Assembly: GCF_001194135.2 (NCBI RefSeq)
Contig: NC_068988.1
Location: forward strand, 66,950,839 to 67,002,759
Length of the DNA: 51,921 nt
DNA from: Octopus bimaculoides
Taxonomy: Eukaryota
Direction: 5' to 3'
Below are positions 38,060 to 50,713 of this stretch, piece after piece; the stretch's first letter is position 1; each line of letters starts with the position of its first letter. The notes beneath the pieces are model-generated. The model worked only from the letters and a program-made list of their open reading frames with translations. It did not search any database and was not told the DNA's origin. The translations under genes and the position numbers were made by a program.

Positions 38060-38640
38060 TATATATATAAAATCTAGAGATCCTGATATCTCTAAACATC
38101 TTTGAGAATAATCTACAGTTTATAACAGTTTTACTATAGTGTGCAATCCACCTAAGGTTGTTGTTCACTGAGGCGTCGGATAGTTCCACCAAGCAAAAAA
38201 AAATATGGCTGTTTAACTATATCCACTTCACCAAAGTGGGTGAGCCGTAATTCAACCTTGTTTAGCAGCGTGATGTCTTACTTTCTTTTTCGCCCATCGT
38301 ACAACTAATTAAAGTTCTAAACAGTCTCTTGACATTCTGACAATTTCTGTCATCTGCAAATTTTATATTTTACGATGTATGATGATATTTGCAAAGTTAT
38401 TTATGTAAACAATGAACAGATGTAGCCCCATGACAAAACCCTGTGGTTTTGATTTAACCCCATCGATTACAACATGCTGTATAACGTTAGGAAACGCTTA
38501 ACCCATAGAACAGCATTCCATAGAATCCAAAGTTGGATAGTTTTATTCAGCTCAGCCCTGTCTAAAAGCATTTAAATGCCATCAAATAGCTTCAGAAGCT
38601 CTGTCAAGTTATTATTGTGCTATAATAACCATGCTGGTTG
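38060..38640 (-). mobile_element. CR1/L2-type LINE reverse transcriptase relic
   Basis: Across frameshifts: NQHGY, NNLTELL, WVKRFL, QHVVIDGVKSKPQGFVMGLHLFIVYINN, KFADD (38360-38349), NNNLRWIAHYSKTV. Confidence 0.8.
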
Positions 38641-39449
38641 AGATGTCTTTTTCGAATATTTTCAAGTATGAAATACGATTGTAGAATAATTCAAAATATA
38701 TACATACATACAAATGTACATACACACACACACATATATATGCCCATGCATATCCATGCATACATTCATTCATACACATACATTTTTGTATTTATTTATG
38801 TATACATATGTCTATATATCATTACCTATCTATCTACCTATCTATAAACATAATACCTATCTATAAATATATTATGATTATTATGATGCAGTATATATAA
38901 TATAATATGATAATATAATATAATACACACACAATTAGCTTCTGAATCTAGCTAATTATGAGTGTCACAGACTTGAGATGGAATTATATCATATCTTTGT
39001 TATTCCCCCAAACGAATAATTATGGAATGTAAGTAGTGTTTGACTTTGCTATTCTTCGTAAGGCTTTAGGTACATGCATAAAGTATCTACCGCCAGAAAT
39101 AGAAAGAGCATCGGAAGTTTGACGTGACGGATCCTTAAACCTTTCCATGTAATTCCCAGCCATAAAAGCAATCTACTTTATTCTGAAGTGGGGCATTGTG
39201 TTTTAGATTAATATTTAGTTAACTTTGAAGGAGATGGCAGAAATCGGACAGAAATCCTCTTAAAGGCTTCCAGGAAAGAACTGAATGTAACTAATTCTAG
39301 AATTATGCAAGTGAGTCCAAAAATAGTTTCTCGTCGTTTCATCAGATTTATGAGAATAATCCGATGTTATTGACAAACTTAAAGGATCAAAATTATAAAT
39401 ATATAAATATTTCAGGAAATATTTTAATATTATGTTCATTTAGTATTTC

Positions 39450-39756
39450 CTTTCTACGTATTAAAGTACCGCCTTAAAGGGTTTATTCGAACAAATCGAC
39501 CCCAGTACTTATTTTTAAGCCTGGTATTTAATATCAACCATTTTTTTGCAGAACTGCTAACTATTGGGGACCTGAACAGAGCATCACCACTTGACAAATA
39601 GTGGTGGGGTACAAACGCAACACAAAGACACACACTAAGACAAACACCCCCACCCTCACCCCCACACACGATCAAACACATGTACGACGGGACACTTTCA
39701 GTTTCCGTCAACCGAATCCACTCACAAGGCTTTATCGGTGCAGGGTTATTGTATAA
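39450..39756 (-). mobile_element. Family B SINE, 3' two-thirds, interrupted by gap
   Basis: CCGCCTTAAAGG..AAATCGACCCCAGTACTTATT..CTTTCAGTTTCCGTCAACCGAATCCACTCACAAGGCTTT. Confidence 0.85.
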
Positions 39757-40194
39757 NNNNNNNNNNNNNNNNNNNNNNNNNNNNNNNNNNNNNNNNNNNN
39801 NNNNNNNNNNNNNNNNNNNNNNNNNNNNNNNNNNNNNNNNNNNNNNNNNNNNNNNNNNNNNNNNNNNNNNNNNNNNNNNNNNNNNNNNNNNNNNNNNNNN
39901 NNNNNNNNNNNNNNNNNNNNNNNNNNNNNNNNNNNNNNNNNNNNNNNNNNNNNNNNNNNNNNNNNNNNNNNNNNNNNNNNNNNNNNNNNNNNNNNNNNNN
40001 NNNNNNNNNNNNNNNNNNNNNNNNNNNNNNNNNNNNNNNNNNNNNNNNNNNNNNNNNNNNNNNNNNNNNNNNNNNNNNNNNNNNNNNNNNNNNNNNNNNN
40101 NNNNNNNNNNNNNNNNNNNNNNNNNNNNNNNNNNNNNNNNNNNNNNNNNNNNNNNNNNNNNNNNNNNNNNNNNNNNNNNNNNNNNNNNNNNNNN

Positions 40195-40225
<31 letters not shown>

Positions 40226-40279
40226 TATATGTATGAATATATATGTGTGTATGCATATATATGAACAAACGCACAACCA

Positions 40280-40600
40280 TAGATGTATATTGTGTGCTTG
40301 TAAAGTGGATTATTCCACGTAGATGAAAGCTTTCGTGTGTGTTGATATTAGTCAAGCATACTCATCGGTATATATGGGAGGTTGTGTTTAGGATATTTGA
40401 AATTGATGGGTACTACTTAATTGGCTGTGTGATTGGATACATGGTTGATAGTGTGTTGTTGTCACTGTTCTTGACTATGGCTTCCAGTGTTTTGCAACTG
40501 ACATGTTTTTGGCTGGTATCAGCAACTGGTTTTGTTTTGCATCAGTCACGTTGTTTGAACTATTGAAGATAGCGTCTGCAAGTGGTCAATTACCTCATAG
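40280..40600 (-). mobile_element. Highly degraded CR1/L2-type RT relic (N-terminal RT motifs)
   Basis: YQPK (cf. YRPI), SCKTLEAIVK (cf. CKILESIIK), TKAFIYV (cf. KAFDSV) in the expected order with stops and frameshifts. Confidence 0.4.
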
Positions 40601-40915
40601 ATTAGAAATATGACGAGTCATGCAGCTGGTCATGTTGTTAGTGAAGGAAATTCTTACAACAACTGGAGACGGGTATGTTTTGAAATTGATTTGCATACGT
40701 ATTACATGGCGGCAATTTGAGATGAGTTAATATAGCGTAAGAATGTCGGATGATGTGGTGTCATCCCTATCTCTCGTACACACACATATTTCATATGTAT
40801 ATACATATATTCGTACGTATGAGGAATAGATTTTCTTTTACGAATGTTTTACTTCATTAATACTTTTTGTTTTAGATTTTTCATATTTTCCTATTCGCTT
40901 TTTTTTTATTTACAG

Positions 40916-40984
40916 GTGTCGTGGATCTGTAGAGATATTAAATCTATATTCTACGTTCTTAGGCATTCAAAGTCTCATTTTCAA
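40916..40984 (+). CDS. Candidate 69-nt internal exon, unidentified
   Basis: Very strong acceptor CCTATTCGCTTTTTTTTTATTTACAG|G and donor CAA|GTAAGA; open in phase 0 (VSWICRDIKSIFYVLRHSKSHFQ) and phase 2 (CRGSVEILNLYSTFLGIQSLIF). Confidence 0.45.
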
Positions 40985-41528
40985 GTAAGAAATTGACTGC
41001 AGCAAACAAATCAACACGTCACTGCTGATGCTAACAGTGGCAAAAATATCTTTGGTGTGAATGTCTATACGAATTCAATCAGTATAAATGAAACGTCATA
41101 AATGCCAAATGTATTCCATTTTCTTCTTGAAAATGAAATTGTGAAGATCTANNNNNNNNNNNNNNNNNNNNNNNNNNNNNNNNNNNNNNNNNNNNNNNNN
41201 NNNNNNNNNNNNNNNNNNNNNNNNNNNNNNNNNNNNNNNNNNNNNNNNNNNNNNNNNNNNNNNNNNNNNNNNNNNNNNNNNNNNNNNNNNNNNNNNNNNN
41301 NNNNNNNNNNNNNNNNNNNNNNNNNNNNNNNNNNNNNNNNNNNNNNNNNNNNNNNNNNNNNNNNNNNNNNNNNNNNNNNNNNNNNNNNNNNNNNNNNNNN
41401 NNNNNNNNNNNNNNNNNNNNNNNNNNNNNNNNNNNNNNNNNNNNNNNNNNNNNNNNNNNNNNNNNNNNNNNNNNNNNNNNNNNNNNNNNNNNNNNNNNNN
41501 NNNNNNNNNNNNNNNNNNNNNNNNNNNN

Positions 41529-41766
41529 ATATATATATATATATATACATATATATACACATACACACATATATATATATATATACACACATATACATAT
41601 ACATGTATATATAGACATATATATACACATATATATGCACATATATATGTACGTATGCATATATATATATATATACACATACACATATATATACATGTAT
41701 ATAAATATATATACATAAATACATATATACATACACACACACACACACATATATATATATACATAG

Positions 41767-41805
<39 letters not shown>

Positions 41806-41985
41806 TACATAGATATATATACACACATATATATGCCCACATAGATATATATGTATTTACGTATATGTATTCATACTTATACATGCAAACATAAATACAT
41901 ACATACGCACACATATTTTATGTATTTAGTTATACACACACACACACACATACACACACACACACACACACACATACACACATAT

Positions 41986-42026
<41 letters not shown>

Positions 42027-42028
42027 AA
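41529..42028 (+). repeat. Degenerate (TA)/(CA) low-complexity tract
   Basis: Alternating purine-pyrimidine mosaic; source of Y/I/C/V/M/H ORFs. Confidence 0.95.
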
Positions 42029-42439
42029 CATATTCGTTTGTGTCTATAATACTTAAGTTATGAGGTTGCATTTAGATTCCAATAATATTTTGATTATTTT
42101 TATTTTGACATAGTAAAATGTACATTATTGATCTAATTATTTACCCGCTATTAGGATTGAGTGCTTCTAAATGGAGCATATATGTAAAATGTCGAAAATA
42201 ATGTTGAAATGTCATGTAATATCATCATAAGTAGTTGGCTTATTGACAATCAATATGTATTTATGTGTGTTTTTTTGGCTTGTTGACAATCAATACATAC
42301 TTACACATACGTAGTTGGCTTACTGACAATCAACATACACGCAGACATACATAGACGTATACGCACATGAACACATGCACGCATATTTTTATCTAGTTTG
42401 ATGACATATAAAATCATTATAGTTTTAAAATCTCCAAGC

Positions 42440-42660
42440 ATCACCACCACTGAAACGATTGCTAACACTACTGCCACTCCCAGCAGAAGTAGCAGCACCA
42501 CCATCGCCACCGCCACCGCAACCGCACCCCAACCAACAACAGCAGCAGTAGCCCAATTTGTCCGCACCTGCACCAGCGTCTGAACCAGTATCAGCATTAA
42601 TACCTCCACCCCTCCACCACTGACAACAACAACAACAAAAACAAAAACAACAGTAATCTC
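42440..42660 (+). repeat. Cryptic ACC/AGC/AAC trinucleotide tract
   Basis: Degenerate triplet runs; Thr/Ala-rich translation is interrupted by a stop. Confidence 0.8.
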
Positions 42661-43736
42661 AGCAACATGGGAGTTTTTTATGAAGTCGTTTCAGTTACTA
42701 GAAATAAGAGGTAAAACTCTTTCGAATCACAACCTACCCCCGCCATCACAAAATGTAGTCGGGATAGTTTTGAGAAATACATGATGTTCATATCTGGAAC
42801 GTCACTAATCATAGTAGCAGGAGTTACACCATGAATTGATGAGAAATATCTTGGGTGTAAACAACAAAAGCAAGAACGAGAACAACGACAATGGATGCAA
42901 AGAAAACGTTTGCAACAAAAGTAATAACAACTTAACAAACAACAATTATAAATTCATCAAATTTAATTAACAGTAATGAACAAAGATAGAAATCATAACC
43001 TCTTTATTTATAATGGATTATAATCTAAATTAATGAGTAATTAATAAGTGTTGGCTTCAGAAATATCCAATATCTTTCCGTGTCTGTCATTAACACGAAA
43101 TATGAAATAGACAAAGAGACAATTAGATATTTAAGACGTGAGTGTGTTAACAACGTTTATGAGAAACAGGATATTCAATGAAGATGTGTTTAGATACATC
43201 AATGATATCTTAGCAAAACTATGTGGAATATTTGAGGTTTCTCTTGAAATATAATTAGATAAATGGAAGAGAAATTTAATAACCAGATCGTTTTCGATTC
43301 TGGGAAGATAGAAATCCCGTTTAATTCGTTATTACAAAGCAAATATGACAGTATTAAAACACAAAACAAATCAACAGAAAACCTAAAAGAACAAGTGTCA
43401 TTGACACTGTGACGATTTAATATAATTGATATTATACTTCTTTAATTTAAAACTCAGGAATCAAATTATATAACTGTATAGAAATATAAAGACACAACAG
43501 ACTAATACAGTTGATATATGCAATCGAATATAATTTGACAGAATGTTTTTGCCTTCGCTAATTGTCCCTCTAGTCACGATCTGATAAGATGGGACGGGGC
43601 GGAAAGGCAGGGATGATTTCAGTGAGATTTAAATTCAGAGCGTTCAGATCGGGAACAAATACCATGACGTATTTTACCCGCTCCTTTGAAACGACTCTAA
43701 ATATTCACAGAAATTGAATGCATAAATATGTACAGA

Positions 43737-43842
43737 TACATACATACATGTATCTATAAATACACACATCTATACATACATACATCTATAAATACACACA
43801 TCTATACATACATACATGCATCTATAAATACACACATCTATA
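43737..43842 (+). repeat. 32-36-bp minisatellite x3
   Basis: CATACATACAT(GT/GC)ATCTATAAATACACACATCTATA repeated. Confidence 0.85.
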
Positions 43843-46113
43843 CATACATGCATGCATGCAATTCAAGAACAGAAGGTAAAAAAGACACTTTGTCACTGTA
43901 CGTTTTGAAGAAATCTTAAGTATAAAACACCTTTTTCTTAGAGTCATGAACTCAATAATCATTTCATGGGTACATGAACAGATTAAAAACATTCTAAGAC
44001 TGACGATTTTCGTCCAAATTTGAATTATTTACAACAAAATAATTACGTCAAGCAACATATGTTGAACATAGGAAGAAAGTTTATGAATGTGACTTTATCC
44101 AAACTAATACAGTTGCTTGTTGTTCGTACACCTGTCTTCGTCTTTTGTTTTTCTATAAATTTTCATTATATTAGCTAACAAACGCAATCTTAATGATAAT
44201 TCCAGCAGTTATCAGGTGAAACATACACGTGCAGCGACATGTTCACCGGCTCCGACCTTACTGCATGAGAAGACACACAATAAATGTCATAAGAAGCTCC
44301 TTTAGAAGAAGTTATAAGCTCTTTCGGGGAAAAAAAAGAAAAAAACTGGAACGAAGAGAAGATGATAAGAGAAGATATTGCAACTTTGGAAGAAGCTTCT
44401 CGAGAAATATTCTGTCTGTTAGCCTCAAATACATACACAAAGAATTTCCGCGGCTCTTTAGCAGCATACCGTAGATGAATGGATGACGGCATGTCGGTAG
44501 AAAAAACATGCATAGACACATACTCAGAGTGACAGCAATATTGATAATCAGCAGTCTATCGTGAACCAAAAACCAAAACACTAAGTCTTTTTCGTTGAAG
44601 GGTATGCGTTTTCTCCCCAGGAACATGTAATAGTTCCTGGATTTCTGACGCACAAAATGTATAGAAATGACTGAAAAGCATTGAAATGTCATAACTGGTG
44701 CAGACTTTAGAGTTCTCACCAAAGATACCACCCACAACATAAACAGTTGTACAAAGATTTTATCGCGTTATTATCTATCAATGAGACATCCTGATGTGAC
44801 CTAGACGTTGTACAATGTGATGCCATGTGAGTATAATCTTGAGTTTAAAAAATATGATATGGTAGAAACCATAATCACTCATTATATGAAAAAAATACTA
44901 ATGCAATGTTTATGTGAAAACTTCAGTAAAGTTCAAATATAATAGACGAGACACAGTGAATTGGCACTCAAGAGTAAACTATGAACAACAGAGGAAATCA
45001 GTTGCCCAGCGGATGTCAACATAACGCTAAAGATAAGCAAAAAAGGAAAACACATATACTGAACTATTTAAGAATTTACTGTTTCTCCATTCAAATTAGA
45101 ATTTCAGATTTATACCGGTGATTACTGTGGTACTAGGATATCTAACAATCTGCTTCAGCAACGATCTTGAAAAATGAGTGCTCTCACAACCAGAAAGAAG
45201 AACTCTAATTAGAAGATTACAGATATAAGTTGAATGCAACACTCAAAAATATGTAAACTTTTCCAAATGCTTTGCATATAGATGCGTATGCACACATCTA
45301 CATATACAACTATTTGTATGACTAAAATTCCATGAAGCAAAATATAAACATCTGCATAAATACGGAGTTCATATATTTGAAGGTATATATACATACATGC
45401 ACAGCTACTCTGTTAATGTTGAAATTTCAACGAACGAGCCTTGGGACTAGTTTAGAAATTGAATCTTATTTCATTGGCAAAAATTTAGAAATAAACTCAT
45501 ACATACATTCACAGGTATACAGGTACACATACACGTACCCGAGTTAAACAACATATACACAGACACACTACGCGTATATAAATATATATATATATACGCG
45601 TAGTGTATATATATATATACATACACACATATGGTACTTGCACGGTTGCAAAAGCTTATATATGTCCGTGAGTATTATATAATACATCTGTAATTGAATT
45701 TATGCATGTATATATGTATGAACGTATGTATGCATGTGTATATGTATGTATGTATGCATGTGTATATGTATGTATGTATGCATGCATGCATGTATGTATG
45801 TATGTATGTATCTATCTATCTATATATGTATGTATACAAGCATGCATGTATGTAGGTAGGTATATATGCATGTCTCTCTCTTTCTCTCGCTTTCTTCCCC
45901 TCTCTATACATATGTATATATATATATTTATGTTTGTTTTTGTTCTATTTCAATAAAACAGTTTTTTATACACACACACAACACACACAGATACACACAT
46001 ATACACAGACACATACACACACACACACATAAACAAACAACTATCATTCTGTCCGTTTGTCTATTTATGATATAAAATGCCAGACAAGCAAGATTCATGT
46101 CACTAATACAAAT

Positions 46114-46277
46114 ATGGTGGACGTATATTATGGCAGAAGTAATATACGCCTACCGTATATTACACATTAAAGACACGATCTTATGGAACTGCAAAAATCT
46201 TGTTCTATATAATCGTGTCTTTGATGTGTACTATTGGGTAGGCGTATATTACTTCTGCCGTAATATACGTCCACCGT
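46114..46277. mobile_element. Hairpin MITE-like element, 76-bp arms and 12-bp spacer
   Basis: ATGGTGGACGTATATTATGGCAGAAGTAATATACGCCTACC..AAAGACACGAT..GAAC pairs with 46202-46277 with about 10 mismatches. Confidence 0.75.
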
Positions 46278-47161
46278 GACTCGGATCTTGATTGTCTGGT
46301 ATGTTTTGATATCATAGACAAATAAAAAGACAGAATGATGTATGTGTGTGAAGGGAGAGAGAGAGAGAGAGGGATATATATATATATATATATATATANN
46401 NNNNNNNNNNNNNNNNNNNNNNNNNNNNNNNNNNNNNNNNNNNNNNNNNNNNNNNNNNNNNNNNNNNNNNNNNNNNNNNNNNNNNNNNNNNNNNNNNNNN
46501 NNNNNNNNNNNNNNNNNNNNNNNNNNNNNNNNNNNNNNNNNNNNNNNNNNNNNNNNNNNNNNNNNNNNNNNNNNNNNNNNNNNNNNNNNNNNNNNNNNNN
46601 NNNNNNNNNNNNNNNNNNNNNNNNNNNNNNNNNNNNNNNNNNNNNNNNNNNNNNNNNNNNNNNNNNNNNNNNNNNNNNNNNNNNNNNNNNNNNNNNNNNN
46701 NNNNNNNNNNNNNNNNNNNNNNNNNNNNNNNNNNNNNNNNNNNNNNNNNNNNNNNNNNNNNNNNNNNNNNNNNNNNNNNNNNNNNNNNNNNNNNNNNNNN
46801 NNNNNNNNNNNNNNNNNNNNNNNNNNNNNNNNNNNNNNNNNNNNNNNNNNNNNNNNNNNNNNNNNNNNNNNNNNNNNNNNNNNNNNNNNNNNNNNNNNNN
46901 NNNNNNNNNNNNNNNNNNNNNNNNNNNNNNNNNNNNNNNNNNNNNNNNNNNNNNNNNNNNNNNNNNNNNNNNNNNNNNNNNNNNNNNNNNNNNNNNNNNN
47001 NNNNNNNNNNNNNNNNNNNNNNNNNNNNNNNNNNNNNNNNNNNNNNNNNNNNNNNNNNNNNNNNNNNNNNNNNNNNNNNNNNNNNNNNNNNNNNNNNNNN
47101 NNNNNNNNNNNNNNNNNNNNNNNNNNNNNNNNNNNNNNNNNNNNNNNNNNNNNNNNNNNNN

Positions 47162-47206
<45 letters not shown>

Positions 47207-47274
47207 TTATGTATGCATATATACATATATACATATATATGTATATGCATTCGCATTGTTTATATATGTGATTT

Positions 47275-47465
47275 TTATTTGTGTTTGTCCTCTCCATCGC
47301 TTGAAAACCGGTGTTTTTTGTTTGCGTCCACATAACTTAGTATTCTGTGGTGAAAGAGACCTTTTCAAGTGGTATAAAACTATATGTATTGGTGTCGATT
47401 CGTTCCACTAACCCTTCGAGGCCGTGCCCCAGCATGGTCACAGTCCGATAACTGTAACAACATAA
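47275..47465 (+). mobile_element. Family B SINE 3' half
   Basis: TGTGTTTGTCCTCTCCATCGCTTGAAAACCGGTG..CATAACTTAG..AAGAGACC..GCCCCAGCATGGTCACAGTC..TGTAACAAC. Confidence 0.75.
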
Positions 47466-47814
47466 GAAAATGAATCAAATCATTTGAACTCATATCTGAC
47501 TCGTGTATATTTTTATTCTCTCTCCTCTACAATATGTTACGAATGATAAGACGATATATTTAACATGCATTAACGGTTTACAAATATTAACTTTTAAATT
47601 ATCAAATTGATTGAAAATCCTGTTTAAACTCTAGAAGGAAAATATTTGTTATTTAACAGGTGATTTCACTGATAAAACAACAAATATTCATTTGTATCGT
47701 TTATATGGATTTATTGCATTTGTTAAATCTATTAATACAATTATTAGATTAATAAAATATTATTCAAACGATTATTATATTAATAAAATTTATTAATATG
47801 TAATATGTAATACT

Positions 47815-48264
47815 GGTCTTAGATTTTGGCACAAAGCCAGCAATTTCGGAGAATGGGGGTGAAAGTAGTTTATATTGACTCCAGTGTTCAGCTGGTACTT
47901 ATTTTATCGACCTCGAAAAGGGAAAATCCAAAGTCGACCCCGGCGGCATTTAAACTAAGAACGAATCTCGGAAGAAGTACCGTTAAGCATTTTTCTCGTA
48001 CTGTAACGATTCCACGAGATCGCCGCCCTTAAATCAATATATATAATGTTGGTTTCAAATTTTGGCACAAGCCCAACAACTTTGGGGAAAGGGTGGAAAT
48101 CGATTATATCGACTCCAGCGCTCAGTTGGTATTTATCTTATCAACCCCGAATGGATCAAAAGCAAAGTCGACCTCGGCGGCATTTGAACTCAGAATGTAA
48201 AGACGGACGATATGCAGCTAGGCATTTCACCGTGCTTCATAACGATTCTGCCAGCTCACCTCCT
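47815..48264 (-). mobile_element. Two tandem family A SINE copies
   Basis: TTTTGGCACAA tails at 47825 and 48061; heads AACGATTCCACGAGATCGCCGCC and AACGATTCTGCCAGCTCACCTCCTT. Confidence 0.9.
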
Positions 48265-48362
48265 TATATCAATATATAATATTAAAGTATAATGATTCAT
48301 AAGAACTAACCGTGTATATATCACCGCCATTTTTTTCTTGTGGATATTTAATGGATACTACA

Positions 48363-48550
48363 GATAAGCTATACTAGAAGGGCATATTTAGTAACACGCT
48401 AGGAATAAGCTACACTAGAACATCATATATTATAATATATTAAGATAAATTACATTAATATAGTAAACATTACAATACACTGAGATAAGCTACATTAGAA
48501 TAGCATACGTTATAATATATTCAGATAAACTGCATTAGAACAGCATGCGT
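48363..48550 (+). repeat. 40-41-bp imperfect minisatellite x5
   Basis: GATAAGCTACATTAGAA-like motif recurs at 48363, 48404, 48444, 48484 and 48524. Confidence 0.8.
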
Positions 48551-49094
48551 TGTATTCATTAAAGGTTCGTGTTTTCGTTCGTTTCAGCTATAGCTTCTAA
48601 GGTCTTTTTGAAGTATTCGCCTCAAAGTGTTCATGAAATATTTTGAATACCATTGACTAATTGCTGGAAAAAATACAGCGACGAGTTAAATTCAGATATA
48701 AGATTTGGGTTAGGTGGCAGAGTATGTGGTTAACTTATCCATCATGTTGTATTAAAAAACAAAGAAACAAACAACAACAAAGATTTTTTTGTGGCGTTCA
48801 TGATTTTTTTCTCTTCAGAAAAGTGTTTACAACCTAAGGCAAAATGTTGAGGCAGAAGTGATTGATATCTCAATAATGAACAACTCCAGGCTAAATTTCT
48901 GATATTTATGAACTCAAAATTGATTGACTATGTTCTGAATAATCAGTAATATAATTATTCAGTTCAAACTATTTTCTTTTTTGAAAACACACATACACCA
49001 ACATATACACATACAAATACATATTCACATAGATACACACACAAGCTCACACGCAAGCACACACTCAACATGATTGCCATTTATAATATTTTCC

Positions 49095-49285
49095 AGTATA
49101 GACACAAAACCTGATATTTTAGGGGGCGGTGAGGGTTAGTAGATTATATCGACCCAATGCTCGATTGGTACTTATTTTATCGATCCCAGAAAGATGAAAG
49201 TTAAACTCAACCAAGGTGGAACTTAAACTGGGAACGTAAAATTGAACGAAATGCTGCGAAGCATTTTGTCCGGCGTGCTAATGAT
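49095..49285 (-). mobile_element. Family A SINE (further degenerate copies to 49860 and at 43535-43700)
   Basis: GATTATATCGACCC..GGTACTTATTTTATCGATCCC..GGCGTGCTAATGATTCTGCCAGCTTGC. Confidence 0.85.
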
Positions 49286-49854
49286 TCTGCCAGCTTGCTA
49301 CTTTTAAAATTCATTCGCAGGGCATTGATTAGTTTGGCGTGTTACTAATAATGATAATAGCTGTAAGGCCTCGAATTTTGAAAATCAGGACAGTTGATTA
49401 AATTCCTTCCAAAACTTGATTAGTTCTTTTTATTGTTTTAATTAAAGGGATGAAAGTTTATATCAGCAGGTTTTTGAACCATGACCATAAAACAAAGCGC
49501 ATAAACACCGCAAAGCATTTTCTTCGACAGCCTAACAGTTTCACCAATTTATCGCCATTTGGACCGCTTCTCCATCGATCCTGCAAATTCATCACCATAT
49601 TGAATGTTCTATGCAAATTGTGTTAAGCTATTATTCTAATAATAATAATAATGATAATGACAGCTTCTGATATAGGCACAAGTGTAGCCATTTTAACGGG
49701 TGAGGACTCGTCAATATCATCGGCCCTTGTTCTAGAGAGATGTTTCATTTTGTCCTTTCTCAGAGGGGAGAAACGCAAAGTTGACCTTTGAACTCAGAAA
49801 TTAAAGAACAGGGACAAAAACCGAAAATCGTTTTTCGACGCTCTAACAATGCTG

Positions 49855-49931
<77 letters not shown>

Positions 49932-49942
49932 TTATTATTATT

Positions 49943-50455
49943 ACTGGGGTCTGGTATTGTCCCAAACTCCAGGTTGATAAGAACTGGGACGAAGTGGCAA
50001 ACAGGGTGGCCAGTCTTACTCAGGAATGGGCTGAAAGAAAGCTGTCCCTGAAAGGTCAAGCTGAGGAGGCGAATGCATACATCGCCTCCGTTATCATTTA
50101 TCTCCTGACCGTCGTGCCTTGTCCCGGTTACCGCTTGACCAGGTTGGAGTGTCTCTTATTTAAATTCTTGTGGAAACGACGCGTTGCAATGGTTAGGCAG
50201 TCAGTCTGTTGCCAGCATCTTTTGAGTGGCGAATTAGGTATGCTGTGGCTCTCAATGCGCCGACGCGCGCTTAGATTACACCACCTGAAATTATTTCTGG
50301 ACAGTGAGCGTGTGTGGGATCCGTTTGTGAGGCTAGTCTTTCTGCAGCTCGGCTCCTTGATGGAGCTGAAGTCTTGGGTGAAGAAAAAAACCGAGACTGG
50401 CACCTAGACATTCAACAGTTAAAACACATCTGTCAGACGGGACCTTGATGACTGT
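49943..50455 (+). mobile_element. L1/Tx1-clade LINE ORF2 fragment (post-RT region), 5'-truncated
   Basis: GVWYCPKLQVDKNWDEVANRVASLTQEWAERKLSLKGQAEEANAYIASVIIY..LFKFLWK..GELGM: the W..R.LS..G...N..I.S....and F.FLW..GG(L)G pattern of L1/Tx1 ORF2; GC-richer than flanks; follows (AAT)n at 49857-49942. Confidence 0.85.
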
Positions 50456-50682
50456 TAGAAAGCAGGAAAGTATACGAGTCCTTATATATTTAATACTCAA
50501 TATTTCATTTATTCAGTAAGACATTCAATACTTCATTTCATTTTACTATTTATATTACATATTCCATATTCTATATCCCGCATTAATTTTATAAGAATAT
50601 AAATAAAACATAAAAAAACAGACAGAGTTGGAACTCTTTTAAATAATATATTCCTCTATACAAACCCCTTTTTTATTTTTTC

Positions 50683-50713
<31 letters not shown>

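Noticed and set aside
42398-42583. Mucin-like Thr/Ala-rich ORF
   Set aside because: Product of a cryptic trinucleotide tract with an in-frame stop and no splice support.
50600-50700. Possible further Penelope-like terminal fragment
   Set aside because: Resemblance rests on recollection only and no ribozyme core is present in the sequence.
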